Positions 10,615 to 24,522 of a stretch of DNA of 64,000 nt are shown piece by piece; within the stretch, counting starts at the first letter, position 1; each line of letters opens with the position of its first letter. This DNA comes from Octopus sinensis (taxonomy: Eukaryota). Both the position numbers and the translations under genes were made by a program. Location of the stretch: positions 141,918,001-141,982,000 of the forward strand of contig NC_042997.1 in the NCBI RefSeq assembly GCF_006345805.1. Reading direction: 5' to 3'. Below the pieces are notes generated by a model, which was given only the letters and a program-made list of their open reading frames with translations, made no database searches and was not told where the DNA came from.

Positions 10615-11909
10615 TCTTACTCTTTCTACTGACATGGATATCCATTTTTTTTCTTATTCTCATTCTCTTCTCTTCCATTAAATTTATTCGCATCTTCCGT
10701 AACTTTTAGAAATTTCATCTAAAACTATATAGTTCCAGTGAATATATACAGAAGTTGGTGAACGTAACGAATTCTTACACAAGCCTTTGAAAGTGCTTTC
10801 ATAAGTTTCTTTACTCCCATTCAATTCCAAGTACAAGTTCGGCAACATTTTGGAAAATAAAAGGAGAAACAGTTATAATAAAAGGATTTTTAAAAACCCA
10901 GCTATTTCAAAATATCCCGTTTGCCCATACCCAATTTTCCAACTTTGTTTTTAATTTCACGTTTAAAACCATGGCGATTAAAATTCTTAACATTTTTTCC
11001 TCAACTTAATAATTTTTAAAAGTTATCCTCTCTCCTGTCTCCGTTCAGACTGTCGTTCACTTGCAAATGCGCGTATGCAGATTTTGCAATCAAATAGACA
11101 CAACCAGGGCAGACTTTATGTGGTCGGTTGTTCGATAAACTAGAAAGAAGAATCAATTCTCCTTGAAAGCACATTTTTTTAACCACTTATAAAACGAAAT
11201 ATACGTCAGACATATATATAGTCGGAGAGACATTCTTTCGATTTCTGATCAAAAAATGAAAGCGGAAATATTAATGATATTAAGCAACGACCAATCAGGC
11301 GTGTTCAATATCATCTTTCCTTTTTTTCATAATTTCCTCCAATTCTAATATTTTCAACAACACTACAATGATAAAAATTACGAGAATTTATTGGATTTGT
11401 GTTTTGGTAAAGCTTGATCAGGGAGACCCTTTATCAAAGACATTCATTCAATGAAACGTGTACACCTGTTTCAGTGGTGCACCCTAAACTACATTATGAT
11501 ATTAGCTATTGATGAGATAAAAGTGAAATATTGCAATTTTTTCCTAGATGCGATGGACTTCATATGTACTCAATCACTGGCTCTTTTCATGAAGCGTACG
11601 CATTGTGATAGTTTTGACAACCTTAAAGAGCTTTCCTTGTGCCTAATTTGAATCAGCAGTGGTTTTCCAGTAAGAAAAATAAATAGAGCGAGCTAAATAT
11701 ACATTTGCGCACAAAATATATGATTTTCAACATTTTAAAGTAAACAGATATGGTAAGGACAATCGCATCTAGGAATGGTAAATATGATAAACACCTCCTC
11801 GAATTTACTATATCGTTATTATTATTACTAATATGCAAATGAGGCAACCTATTATGGGTAAGTGTACGAGTAGGGCATGTATATATTGAGAGGCTTAGGG
11901 AAAGCTGGT

Positions 11910-11933
11910 GTACTAGCTGAGGCGGTACATATT

Positions 11934-11966
<33 letters not shown>

Positions 11967-12016
11967 GGCCCCTGCGCAAGGATGACACGCAAATTCGTGA
12001 AGCGTTCCATATTTTT
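11910..12016 (+). ncRNA. U6: U6 snRNA copy 5 (5' loop variant UACG to UGAG)
   Basis: gtactagctgaggcggtac; rest consensus; T5. Confidence 0.96.
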
Positions 12017-13007
12017 CTTACTCTTTCTACTGACATGGATATCCATTTTTTTTCTTATTCTCATTCTCTTCTCTTCCATTAGATTTATTCGCATCTTCCG
12101 TAACTTTTAGAAATTTCATCTAAAACAATATAGATCCACTGAATATGTACAGAAGTTGGTGAACGTAGCGAATTCCTGCGCAAGCCATTCAAAAGTGCTT
12201 TTATAAGTTTCTTTGCTTGGTCGTTCGATAAGCTAGGAACAAGAATCAATTCTCTTTCAAAGCACGTTTTTCTAACCACTTATAAAACGAAAGGCATATT
12301 GGACATATATATATACACTGTCCGAGAGACATTATTTCGATTTGTGATCAAAATATGAAATTGGAAACAATAATGATATTAAGCAACGACCAATCAGGCG
12401 TGTTCAATATCATGTTTCATTTTTTCATAATTTCCTCCAATTCTAATATTTTCAACAACACTACAATGATAAAAATTACGAGAATTTATTGGATTTGTGT
12501 TTTGGTAAAGCTTGATCAGGGATACCCTTTATCAAAGACATTCATTCAATGAAACGTGTACACCTGTTTCAGCGGTGCACCCTACACTACATTATGATAT
12601 TAGCTATTGTTGAGACAGAAGTGAAATATTGCAGTTTTTCCTAGATGCGATGGACTTCATAAGTATTCAATCACTGGCTCTTTTCATGAAGAGCGCGCAT
12701 TGTGATAGTTTTGACAACTTTAAAGAGCGTTCCTTGTGCCTAATTTGAATCAGCAGTGGTTTTCCAGTAAGAAAAATAAATAGAGCGAGCTAAATATACA
12801 TTTGCGCACAAAATATATGATTTTCAACATTTTAAAGTAAACAGATATGGTAAGGACAATCGCATCTAGGAATGATAAATATGATAAACACCTTCCAGAA
12901 TTTACTTTATCGTTATTATTATTACAAATATGCAAATGAGGCAGCCTATTATGGGTAAGTGTAGGAGATAGGGCATGTATATATTGAGAGGCTTAGGGAA
13001 AGCTGGT

Positions 13008-13031
13008 GTACTAGCTACGGCGGTACATATT

Positions 13032-13064
<33 letters not shown>

Positions 13065-13114
13065 GGCCCCTGCGCAAGGATGACACGCAAATTCGTGAAG
13101 CGTTCCATATTTTT
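13008..13114 (+). ncRNA. U6: U6 snRNA copy 6
   Basis: Array-consensus U6 plus T6. Confidence 0.98.
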
Positions 13115-14409
13115 TCTTACTCTTTCTACTGACATGGATATCCATTTTTTTTTCTTATTCTCATTCTCTTCTCTTCCATTAAATTTATTCGCATCTTCCG
13201 TAACTTTTAGAAATTTCATCTAAAACTATATAGTTCCAGTGAATATATACAGAAGTTGGTGAACGTAACGAATTCTTACACAAGCCTTTGAAAGTGCTTT
13301 CATAAGTTTCTTTACTCCCATTCAATTCCAAGTACAAGTTCGGCAACATTTTGGAAAATAAAAGGAGAAACAGTTATAATAAAAGGATTTTTAAAAACCC
13401 AGCTATTTCAAAATATCCCGTTTGCCCATACCCAATTTTCCAACTTTGTTTTTAATTTCACGTTTAAAACCATGGCGATTAAAATTCTTAACATTTTTTC
13501 CTCAACTTAATAATTTTTAAAAGTTATCCTCTCTCCTGTCTCCGTTCAGACTGTCGTTCACTTGCAAATGCGCGTATGCAGATTTTGCAATCAAATAGAC
13601 ACAACCAGGGCAGACTTTATGTGGTCGGTTGTTCGATAAACTAGAAAGAAGAATCAATTCTCCTTGAAAGCACATTTTTTTAACCACTTATAAAACGAAA
13701 TATACGTCAGACATATATATAGTCGGAGAGACATTCTTTCGATTTCTGATCAAAAAATGAAAGCGGAAATATTAATGATATTAAGCAACGACCAATCAGG
13801 CGTGTTCAATATCATCTTTCCTTTTTTTCATAATTTCCTCCAATTCTAATATTTTCAACAACACTACAATGATAAAATTACGAGAATTTATTGGATTTGT
13901 GTTTTGGTAAAGCTTGATCAGGGAGACCCTTTATCAAAGACATTCATTCAATGAAACGTGTACACCTGTTTCAGTGGTGCACCCTACACTACATTATGAT
14001 ATTAGCTATTGTTGAGATAAAAGTGAAATATTGCAGTTTTTCCTAGATGCGATGGACTTCATATGTACTCAATCACTGGCTCTTTTCATGAAGCGTACGC
14101 ATTGTGATAGTTTTGACAACCTTAAAGAGCTTTCCTTGTGCCTAATTTGAATCAGCAGTGGTTTTCCAGTAAGAAAAATAAATAGACCGAGCTAAATATA
14201 CATTTGCGCACAAAATATATGATTTTCAACATTTTAAAGTAAACAGATATGGTAAGGACAATCGTATGTAGGAATGATAAATATGATAAACACCTCCTCG
14301 AATTTACTATATCGTTATTATTATTACAAATATGCAAATGAGGCAACCTAGTATGGGTAAGTATACGAGATAGGGCATGTATATAATGAGAGGCTTAGGG
14401 AAAGCTATC

Positions 14410-14433
14410 GTACTAGCTACGGCGGTACATATT

Positions 14434-14466
<33 letters not shown>

Positions 14467-14516
14467 GGCCCCTGCGCAAGGATGACACGCAAATTCGTGA
14501 AGCGTTCCATATTTTT
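14410..14516 (+). ncRNA. U6: U6 snRNA copy 7
   Basis: Array-consensus U6 plus T6. Confidence 0.98.
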
Positions 14517-15509
14517 TCTTACTCTTTCTACTGACATGGATATCCATTTTTTTTCTTATTGTTATTCTCTTCTCTACCATTAAATTTATTCGCATTTTCC
14601 GTAACTTTTAGAAATTTCATCTAAAGCTTTATAGATCCACTGAATTGTACAGAAGTTCGTGAACGTAGCGAATTCCTACGCAAGACATTCAAAGGTGCTT
14701 TTATAAGTTTCTTTGCTTGGTCGTTCGATAAGCTAAGAACAAGAATCAATTCTCTTTCAAAGCACGTTTTTCTAACCACTTATAAAACGAAAGGCATATC
14801 GGACATATATATATATACACTGGCCGAGAGACATTATTTCGATTTGTGATCAAAAAATGAAAGTGGAAACAATAATGATATTAAGCAACGACCAATCAGG
14901 CGTGTTCAATATCATGTTTCCTTTTTTCATAATTTACCTCCAATTCTAATATTTTCAACAACACTACAATGATAAAAATTACGAGAATTAATTGTGTTTA
15001 TGTTTTGGTAAAGCTTAATCAGGGATACCCTTTATCAAAGACATTCATTCAATGAAACGTGTACACCTGTTTCAGTGGTGCACCCTACACAACATTATGA
15101 TATTAGCTATTGTTGAGATAAAAGTGAAATATTGCAGTTTTTCCGAGATGCGATGGACTTCATATGTACTCAATCACTGGCTCTTTTCATGAAGAGTGCG
15201 TATTGTGATAGTTTTGACAACTTTAAAGAGCTTTCCTTGTGCCTAATTTGAATCAGCAGTGGTTTTCCAGTAAGAAAAATAAAAAGAGCGAGCTAAATAT
15301 ACATTTGCGCACAAAATATATGATTTTCAACATTTTAAGTAAACAGATATGGCAAGGACAATCATATCTAGGAATGGTAAATATGATAAACACCTTCTAG
15401 AATTTACTTTATCGTTATTATTATTACAAATATGCAAATGAGGCAGCCTATTATGGGTAAGTGTAGGAGATAGGGCATGTATATATTGAGAGGCTTAGGG
15501 AAAGATGGT

Positions 15510-15533
15510 GTACTAGCTACGGCGGTACATATT

Positions 15534-15566
<33 letters not shown>

Positions 15567-15616
15567 GGCCCCTGCGCAAGGATGACACGCAAATTCGTGA
15601 TGCGTTCCATATTTTT
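15510..15616 (+). ncRNA. U6: U6 snRNA copy 8 (A92U variant)
   Basis: gtgatgcgttcc instead of gtgaagcgttcc (position 15601). Confidence 0.96.
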
Positions 15617-16908
15617 TCTTACTCTTTCTACTGACATGGATATCCATTTTTTTTTCTTATTCTCATTCTCTTCTCTTCCATTAAATTTATTCGCATCTTC
15701 CGTAACTTTTAGAAATTTCATCTAAAACAATATAGTTCCAGTGAATATATACAGAAGTTGGTGAACGTAACGAATTCTTACACAAGCCTTTGAAAGTGCT
15801 TTCATAAGTTTCTTTACTCCCATTCAATTCCAAGTACAAGTTCGGCAACATTTTGGAAAATAAAAGGAGAAACAGTTATAATAAAAGGATTTTTAAAAAC
15901 CCAGCTATTTCAAAATATCCCGTTTGCCCATACCCAATTTTCCAACTTTGTTTTTAATTTCACGTTTAAAACCATGGCGATTAAAATTCTTAACATTTTT
16001 CCCAACTTAATAATTTTTAAAAGTTATCCTCTCTCCTGTCTCCGTTCAGACTGTCGTTCACTTGCAAATGCGCGTATGCAGATTTTGCAATCAAATAGAC
16101 ACAACCAGGGCAGACTTTATGTGGTCGGTTGTTCGATAAACTAGAAAGAAGAATCAATTCTCCTTGAAAGCACATTTTTTAACCACTTATAAAACGAAAT
16201 ATACGTCAGACATATAATAGTCGGAGAGACATTCTTTCGATTTCTGATCAAAAAATGAAAGCGGAAATATTAATGATATTAAGCAACGACCAATCAGGCG
16301 TGTTCAATATCATCTTTCCTTTTTTTCATAATTTCCTCCAATTCTAATATTTTCAACAACACTACAATGATAAATATTACGAGAATTTATTGGATTTGTG
16401 TTTTGGTAAAGCTTGATCAGGGAGACCCTTTATCAAAGACATTCAATCAATGAAACGTGTACACCTGTTTCAGTGGTGCACCCTACACTACATTATGATA
16501 TTAGCTATTGTTGAGATAAAAGTGAAATATTGCAGTTTTTTCCTAGATGCGATGGACTTCATATGTACTCAATCACTGGCTCTTTTCATGAAGCGTACGC
16601 ATTGTGATAGTTTTGACAACCTTAAAGAGCTTTCCTTGTGCCTAATTTGAATCAGCAGTGGTTTTCCAGTAAGAAAAATAAATAGACCGAGCTAAATATA
16701 CATTTGCGCACAAAATATATGATTTTCAACATTTTAAAGTAAACAGATATTGTAAGGACAATCGCATCTAGGAATGATAAATATGATAAACACCTCCTCG
16801 AATTTACTATATCGTTATTATTATTACAAATATGCAAATGAGGCAACCTAGTATGGGTAAGTGTACGAGATAGGGCATGTATATATGAGAGGCTTAGGGA
16901 AAGCTATT

Positions 16909-16932
16909 GTACTAGCTACGGCGGTACATATT

Positions 16933-16965
<33 letters not shown>

Positions 16966-17015
16966 GGCCCCTGCGCAAGGATGACACGCAAATTCGTGAA
17001 GCGTTCCATATTTTT
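16909..17015 (+). ncRNA. U6: U6 snRNA copy 9
   Basis: Array-consensus U6 plus T6. Confidence 0.98.
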
Positions 17016-18011
17016 TCTTACTCTTTCTACTGACATGGATATCCATTTTTTTTTCTTATTCTCATTCTCTTCTCTTCCATTAAATTTATTCGCATCTTCC
17101 GTAACTTTTAGAAATTTCATCTAAAGCTATATAGATCCACTGAATGTGTACAGAAGTTCGTGAACGTAGCGGATTCCTACGCAAGCCATTCGAAAGTGCT
17201 TTTATAAGTTTCTTTGCTTGGTCGTTCGATAAGCTAAGAACAAGAATCAATTCTCTTTCAAAGCACGTTTTTCTAACCACTTATAAAACGAAAGGCATAT
17301 CGGACATATATATATATACACTGGCCGAGAGACATTATTTCGATTTGTGATCAAAAAATGAAAGTGGAAACAATAATGATATTAAGCAACGACCAATCAG
17401 GTGTGTTCAATATCATGTTTCCATTTTTTCATAATTTCCTCCAATTCTAATATTTTCAACAACACTACAATGATAAAAATTACGAGAATTAATTGTATTT
17501 CTGTTTTGGTAAAGCTTAATCAGGGATACCCTTTATCAAAGACATTCATTAAATGAAACGTGTACACCTGTTTCAGTTGTACACCCTTCACAACATTATG
17601 ATATTAGCTATTGTTGAGATAAAAGTGAAATATTGCAGTTTTTCCGAGATGCGATGGACTTCATATGTACTCAATCACTGGCTCTTTTCATGAAGAGTGC
17701 GCATTGTGATAGTTTTGACAACTTTAAAGAGCGTTCCTTGTGCCTAATTTGAATCAGCAGTGGTTTTCCAGTAAGAAAAATAAATAGAGCGAGCTAAATA
17801 TACATTTGCGCACAAAATATATGATTTTCAACATTTTAAAGTAAACAGATATGGCAAGGACAATCATATCTAGGAATGGTAAATATGATAAACACCTTCT
17901 AGAATTTACTTTATCGTTATTATTATTACAAATATGCAAATGAGGCAGCCTATAATGGGTAAGTGTAGGAGATAGGGCATGTATATATTGAGAGGCTTAG
18001 GGAAAGCTGGT

Positions 18012-18035
18012 GTACTAGCTACGGCGGTACATATT

Positions 18036-18068
<33 letters not shown>

Positions 18069-18118
18069 GGCCCCTGCGCAAGGATGACACGCAAATTCGT
18101 GAAGCGTTCCATATTTTT
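18012..18118 (+). ncRNA. U6: U6 snRNA copy 10
   Basis: Array-consensus U6 plus T6. Confidence 0.98.
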
Positions 18119-19413
18119 TCTTACTCTTTCTACTGACATGGATATCCATTTTTTTTTCTTATTCTCATTCTCTTCTCTTCCATTAAATTTATTCGCATCT
18201 TCCGTAACTTTTAGAAATTTCATCTAAAACTATATAGTTCCAGTGAATATATACAGAAGTTGGTGAACGTAACGAATTCTTACACAAGCCTTTGAAAGTG
18301 CTTTCATAAGTTTCTTTACTCCCATTCAATTCCAAGTACAAGTTCGGCAACATTTTGGAAAATAAAAGGAGAAACAGTTATAATAAAAGGATTTTTAAAA
18401 ACCCAGCTATTTCAAAATATCCCGTTTGCCCATACCCAATTTTCCAACTTTGTTTTTAATTTCACGTTTAAAACCATGGCGATTAAAATTCTTAACATTT
18501 TTTCCTCAACTTAATAATTTTTAAAAGTTATCCTCTCTCCTGTCTCCGTTCAGACTGTCGTTCACTTGCAAATGCGCGTATGCAGATTTTGCAATCAAAT
18601 AGACACAACCAGGGCAGACTTTATGTGGTCGGTTGTTCGATAAACTAGAAAGAAGAATCAATTCTCCTTGAAAGCACATTTTTTTAACCACTTATAAAAC
18701 GAAATATACGTCAGACATATATATAGTCGGAGAGACATTCTTTCGATTTCTGATCAAAAAATGAAAGCGGAAATATTAATGATATTAAGCAACGACCAAT
18801 CAGGCGTGTTCAATATCATCTTTCCTTTTTTCATAATTTCCTCCAATTCTAATATTTTCAACAACACTACAATGATAAAAATTACGAGAATTTATTGGAT
18901 TTGTGTTTTGGTAAAGCTTGATCAGGGAGACCCTTTATCAAAGACATTCATTCAATGAAACGTGTACACCTGTTTCAGTGGTGCACCCTAAACTACATTA
19001 TGATATTAGCTATTGATGAGATAAAAGTGAAATATTGCAATTTTTTCCTAGATGCGATGGACTTCATATGTACTCAATCACTGGCTCTTTTCATGAAGCG
19101 TACGCATTGTGATAGTTTTGACAACCTTAAAGAGCTTTCCTTGTGCCTAATTTGAATCAGCAGTGGTTTTCCAGTAAGAAAAATAAATAGACCGAGCTAA
19201 ATATACATTTGCGCACAAAATATATGATTTTCAACATTTTAAAGTAAACAGATATGGTAAGGACAATCGCATCTAGGAATGGTAAATATGATAAACACCT
19301 CCTCGAATTTACTATATCGTTATTATTATTACTAATATGCAAATGAGGCAACCTATTATGGGTAAGTGTACGAGTAGGGCATGTATATATTGAGAGGCTT
19401 AGGGAAAGCTGGT

Positions 19414-19437
19414 GTACTAGCTACGGCGGTACATATT

Positions 19438-19470
<33 letters not shown>

Positions 19471-19520
19471 GGCCCCTGCGCAAGGATGACACGCAAATTC
19501 GTGAAGCGTTCCATATTTTT
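19414..19520 (+). ncRNA. U6: U6 snRNA copy 11
   Basis: Array-consensus U6 plus T5. Confidence 0.98.
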
Positions 19521-20512
19521 CTTACTCTTTCTACTGACATGGATATCCATTTTTTTTCTTATTCTCATTCTCTTCTCTTCCATTAGATTTATTCGCATCT
19601 TCCGTAACTTTTAGAAATTTCATCTAAAACAATATAGATCCACTGAATATGTACAGAAGTTGGTGAACGTAGCGAATTCCTGCGCAAGCCATTCAAAAGT
19701 GCTTTTATAAGTTTCTTTGCTTGGTCGTTCGATAAGCTAGGAACAAGAATCAATTCTCTTTCAAAGCACGTTTTTCTAACCACTTATAAAACGAAAGGCA
19801 TATTGGACATATATATATACACTGTCCGAGAGACATTATTTCGATTTGTGATCAAAATATGAAATTGGAAACAATAATGATATTAAGCAACGACCAATCA
19901 GGCGTGTTCAATATCATGTTTCCATTTTTTCATAATTTCCTCCAATTCTAATATTTTCAACAACACTACAATGATAAAAATTACGAGAATTTATTGGATT
20001 TGTGTTTTGGTAAAGCTTGATCAGGGATACCCTTTATCAAAGACATTCATTCAATGAAACGTGTACACCTGTTTCAGCGGTGCACCCTACACTACATTAT
20101 GATATTAGCTATTGTTGAGACAGAAGTGAAATATTGCAGTTTTTCCTAGATGCGATGGACTTCATAAGTATTCAATCACTGGCTCTTTTCATGAAGAGCG
20201 CGCATTGTGATAGTTTTGACAACTTTAAAGAGCGTTCCTTGTGCCTAATTTGAATCAGCAGTGGTTTTCCAGTAAGAAAAATAAATAGAGCGAGCTAAAT
20301 ATACATTTGCGCACAAAATATATGATTTTCAACATTTTAAAGTAAACAGATATGGTAAGGACAATCGCATCTAGGAATGATAAATATGATAAACACCTTC
20401 CAGAATTTACTTTATCGTTATTATTATTACAAATATGCAAATGAGGCAGCCTATTATGGGTAAGTGTAGGAGATAGGGCATGTATATATTGAGAGGCTTA
20501 GGGAAAGCTGGT

Positions 20513-20536
20513 GTACTAGCTACGGCGGTACATATT

Positions 20537-20569
<33 letters not shown>

Positions 20570-20619
20570 GGCCCCTGCGCAAGGATGACACGCAAATTCG
20601 TGAAGCGTTCCATATTTTT
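20513..20619 (+). ncRNA. U6: U6 snRNA copy 12
   Basis: Array-consensus U6 plus T6. Confidence 0.98.
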
Positions 20620-21914
20620 TCTTACTCTTTCTACTGACATGGATATCCATTTTTTTTTCTTATTCTCATTCTCTTCTCTTCCATTAAATTTATTCGCATC
20701 TTCCGTAACTTTTAGAAATTTCATCTAAAACTATATAGTTCCAGTGAATATATACAGAAGTTGGTGAACGTAACGAATTCTTACACAAGCCTTTGAAAGT
20801 GCTTTCATAAGTTTCTTTACTCCCATTCAATTCCAAGTACAAGTTCGGCAACATTTTGGAAAATAAAAGGAGAAACAGTTATAATAAAAGGATTTTTAAA
20901 AACCCAGCTATTTCAAAATATCCCGTTTGCCCATACCCAATTTTCCAACTTTGTTTTTAATTTCACGTTTAAAACCATGGCGATTAAAATTCTTAACATT
21001 TTTTCCTCAACTTAATAATTTTTAAAAGTTATCCTCTCTCCTGTCTCCGTTCAGACTGTCGTTCACTTGCAAATGCGCGTATGCAGATTTTGCAATCAAA
21101 TAGACACAACCAGGGCAGACTTTATGTGGTCGGTTGTTCGATAAACTAGAAAGAAGAATCAATTCTCCTTGAAAGCACATTTTTTTAACCACTTATAAAA
21201 CGAAATATACGTCAGACATATATATAGTCGGAGAGACATTCTTTCGATTTCTGATCAAAAAATGAAAGCGGAAATATTAATGATATTAAGCAACGACCAA
21301 TCAGGCGTGTTCAATATCATCTTTCCTTTTTTTCATAATTTCCTCCAATTCTAATATTTTCAACAACACTACAATGATAAAAATTACGAGAATTTATTGG
21401 ATTTGTGTTTTGGTAAAGCTTGATCAGGGAGACCCTTTATCAAAGACATTCATTCAATGAAACGTGTACACCTGTTTCAGTGGTGCACCCTAAACTACAT
21501 TATGATATTAGCTATTGTTGAGACAGAAGTGAAATATTGCAGTTTTTCCTAGATGCGATGGACTTCATAAGTATTCAATCACTGGCTCTTTTCATGAAGA
21601 GCGCGCATTGTGATAGTTTTGACAACTTTAAAGAGCGTTCCTTGTGCCTAATTTGAATCAGCAGTGGTTTTCCAGTAAGAAAAATAAATAGAGCGAGCTA
21701 AATATACATTTGCGCACAAAATATATGATTTTCAACATTTTAAAGTAAACAGATATGGTAAGGACAATCGCATCTAGGAATGGTAAATATGATAAACACC
21801 TCCTCGAATTTACTATATCGTTATTATTATTACTAATATGCAAATGAGGCAACCTATTATGGGTAAGTGTACGAGTAGGGCATGTATATATTGAGAGGCT
21901 TAGGGAAAGCTGGT

Positions 21915-21938
21915 GTACTAGCTGAGGCGGTACATATT

Positions 21939-21971
<33 letters not shown>

Positions 21972-22021
21972 GGCCCCTGCGCAAGGATGACACGCAAATT
22001 CGTGAAGCGTTCCATATTTTT
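21915..22021 (+). ncRNA. U6: U6 snRNA copy 13 (5' loop variant UACG to UGAG)
   Basis: gtactagctgaggcggtac; rest consensus; T5. Confidence 0.96.
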
Positions 22022-23012
22022 CTTACTCTTTCTACTGACATGGATATCCATTATTTTTCTTATTCTCATTCTCTTCTCTTCCATTAGATTTATTCGCATC
22101 TTCCGTAACTTTTAGAAATTTCATCTAAAAAATATAGATCCACTGAATATGTACAGAAGTTGGTGAACGTTGCGAATTCCTGCGCAAGCCATTCAAAAGT
22201 GCTTTTATAAGTTTCTTTGCTTGGTCGTTCGATAAGCTAGGAACAAGAATCAATTCTCTTTCAAAGCACGTTTTTCTAACCACTTATAAAACGAAAGGCA
22301 TATTGGACATATATATATACACTGTCCGAGAGACATTATTTCGATTTGTGATCAAAATATGAAATTGGAAACAATAATGATATTAAGCAACGACCAATCA
22401 GGCGTGTTCAATATCATGTTTCCATTTTTTCATAATTTCCTCCAATTCTAATATTTTCAACAACACTACAATGATAAAAATTACGAGAATTTATTGGATT
22501 TGTGTTTTGGTAAAGCTTGATCAGGGATACACTTTATCAAAGACATTCATTCAATGAAACGTGTACACCTGTTTCAGCGGTGCACCCTACACTACATTAT
22601 GATATTAGCTATTGTTGAGACAGAAGTGAAATATTGCAGTTTTTCCTAGATGCGATGGACTTCATAAGTATTCAATCACTGGCTCTTTTCATGAAGAGCG
22701 CGCATTGTGATAGTTTTGACAACTTTAAAGAGCGTTCCTTGTGCCTAATTTGAATCAGCAGTGGTTTTCCAGTAAGAAAAATAAATAGAGCGAGCTAAAT
22801 ATACATTTGCGCACAAAATATATGATTTTCAACATTTTAAAGTAAACAGATATGGTAAGGACAATCGCATCTAGGAATGATAAATATGATAAACACCTTC
22901 CAGAATTTACTTTATCGTTATTATTATTACAAATATGCAAATGAGGCAGCCTATTATGGGTAAGTGTAGGAGATAGGGCATGTATATATTGAGAGGCTTA
23001 GGGAAAGCTGGT

Positions 23013-23036
23013 GTACTAGCTACGGCGGTACATATT

Positions 23037-23069
<33 letters not shown>

Positions 23070-23119
23070 GGCCCCTGCGCAAGGATGACACGCAAATTCG
23101 TGAAGCGTTCCATATTTTT
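23013..23119 (+). ncRNA. U6: U6 snRNA copy 14
   Basis: Array-consensus U6 plus T6. Confidence 0.98.
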
Positions 23120-24415
23120 TCTTACTCTTTCTACTGACATGGATATCCATTTTTTTTTCTTATTCTCATTCTCTTCTCTTCCATTAAATTTATTCGCATC
23201 TTCCGTAACTTTTAGAAATTTCATCTAAAACTATATAGTTCCAGTGAATATATACAGAAGTTGGTGAACGTAACGAATTCTTACACAAGCCTTTGAAAGT
23301 GCTTTCATAAGTTTCTTTACTCCCATTCAATTCCAAGTACAAGTTCGGCAACATTTTGGAAAATAAAAGGAGAAACAGTTATAATAAAAGGATTTTTAAA
23401 AACCCAGCTATTTCAAAATATCCCGTTTGCCCATACCCAATTTTCCAACTTTGTTTTTAATTTCACGTTTAAAACCATGGCGATTAAAATTCTTAACATT
23501 TTTTCCTCAACTTAATAATTTTAAAAAGTTATCCTCTCTCCTGTCTCCGTTCAGACTGTCGTTCACTTGCAAATGCGCGTATGCAGATTTTGCAATCAAA
23601 TAGACACAACCAGGGCAGACTTTATGTGGTCGGTTGTTCGATAAACTAGAAAGAAGAATCAATTCTCCTTGAAAGCACATTTTTTTAACCACTTATAAAA
23701 CGAAATATACGTCAGACATATATATAGTCGGAGAGACATTCTTTCGATTTCTGATCAAAAAATGAAAGCGGAAATATTAATGATATTAAGCAACGACCAA
23801 TCAGGCGTGTTCAATATCATCTTTCCTTTTTTTCATAATTTCCTCCAATTCTAATATTTTCAACAACACTACAATGATAAAAATTACGAGAATTTATTGG
23901 ATTTGTGTTTTGGTAAAGCTTGATCAGGGATACCCTTTATCAAAGACATTCATTCAATGAAACGTGTACACCTGTTTCAGCGGTGCACCCTACACTACAT
24001 TATGATATTAGCTATTGTTGAGACAGAAGTGAAATATTGCAGTTTTTCCTAGATGCGATGGACTTCATAAGTATTCAATCACTGGCTCTTTTCATGAAGA
24101 GCGCGCATTGTGATAGTTTTGACAACTTTAAAGAGCGTTCCTTGTGCCTAATTTGAATCAGCAGTGGTTTTCCAGTAAGAAAAATAAATAGAGCGAGCTA
24201 AATATACATTTGCGCACAAAATATATGATTTTCAACATTTTAAAGTAAACAGATATGGTAAGGACAATCGCATCTAGGAATGATAAATATGATAAACACC
24301 TTCCAGAATTTACTATATCGTTATTATTATTACTAATATGCAAATGAGGCAGCCTATTATGGGTAAGTGTACGAGATAGGGCATGTATATATTGAGAGGC
24401 TTAGGGAAAGCTGGT

Positions 24416-24439
24416 GTACTAGCTACGGCGGTACATATT

Positions 24440-24472
<33 letters not shown>

Positions 24473-24522
24473 GGCCCCTGCGCAAGGATGACACGCAAAT
24501 TCGTGAAGCGTTCCATATTTTT
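24416..24522 (+). ncRNA. U6: U6 snRNA copy 15
   Basis: Array-consensus U6 plus T6. Confidence 0.98.
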
